A DNA stretch of 62,545 nt, counting the filler, from Choristocarpus tenellus KU-1152 (lineage: Eukaryota; Protista; Phaeophyceae): the NCBI GenBank assembly GCA_964200185.2. It is 12 parts of 12 records of this genome, joined end to end, with 100 filler letters (N's around TTAATTAATTAA, not from the genome) between each part and the next. Parts side by side here need not be neighbours in the genome. Positions count along the whole stretch, not along the records: positions 53,711 to 62,545 come from CAXNAD020004276.1; 11 more parts are not named here. One strand, given 5' to 3'. Positions 62,401 to 62,545 of this stretch are shown here, one piece after another. Every line of letters begins with the position of its first letter. Position 1 is the first letter of the stretch. A model generated the notes under the pieces. The model was not told where the DNA came from and searched no databases. It saw only the letters and a list, made by a program, of their open reading frames with translations. A program made the translations under genes and the position numbers.

Positions 62401-62545
62401 GGTTGGACGTATAAAGTTGATTAAGCCCTTTCTCCCCGCCTGCATTCATTTGAGAAATCAACACAATTTTCGATCAACTAACAGCGGATCAAGATAATGG
62501 CGGATTGATCATTTCATGGAGGATGGATTTTTCCCAAAATGGTGC

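Noticed and set aside
50-62497. Most of the supplied 60-200 aa six-frame ORFs as genes
   Set aside because: They start at GTG/TTG under a bacterial code, overlap introns or repeats, and lack recognisable motifs; the real genes here are spliced.
61680-62545. Possible decayed retroelement ORFs (AWKALP...SAALGL; 62123-62497)
   Set aside because: Only a faint resemblance to non-LTR element C-termini; no RT, RNase H or endonuclease motif could be confirmed.

Overview
This is not a bacterial locus and not one continuous chromosome segment. It is a concatenation of 12 short eukaryotic contigs joined by 100-bp artificial spacers (N44-TTAATTAATTAA-N44). The source is inferred to be a photosynthetic stramenopile, most likely a brown alga or close relative. 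The evidence is long GT-AG introns, TTAGGG repeats, a bipartite signal + 'GEA-F' plastid-targeting peptide and a plastid fibrillin. Spliced genes were reconstructed by hand: TELO2/Tel2 (partial), a PAP/fibrillin (3' part), an unassigned helical protein, a Cys-rich 'WDDGC' protein, eIF1A (partial), a signal-peptide aldo-keto reductase with a GC-AG intron, a sulfotransferase-like protein with an altered PAPS loop, a complete plastid FKBP, and a Dispatched/Patched-like RND protein (3' part). Introns and intergenic DNA are full of mobile DNA: three MITE families sharing a G(A/G)(G/C)YCAAAGTA terminus (3-bp TSDs in one family), a Stowaway-like MITE, two decayed plant-mariner-like transposases with D40D spacing, a decayed Ty3/gypsy pol and an RTE-type LINE fragment. 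The most notable cross-window signals are the shared-terminus MITE group (nested and composite arrangements), a strong CpG>TpG/CpA decay signature implying 5mC, and about 11 short interstitial telomeric seeds, one of which appears to supply a splice branch point. No CRISPR array, rRNA or intact tRNA was found, and no novel multi-gene system can be supported, because adjacency across spacers is artificial.
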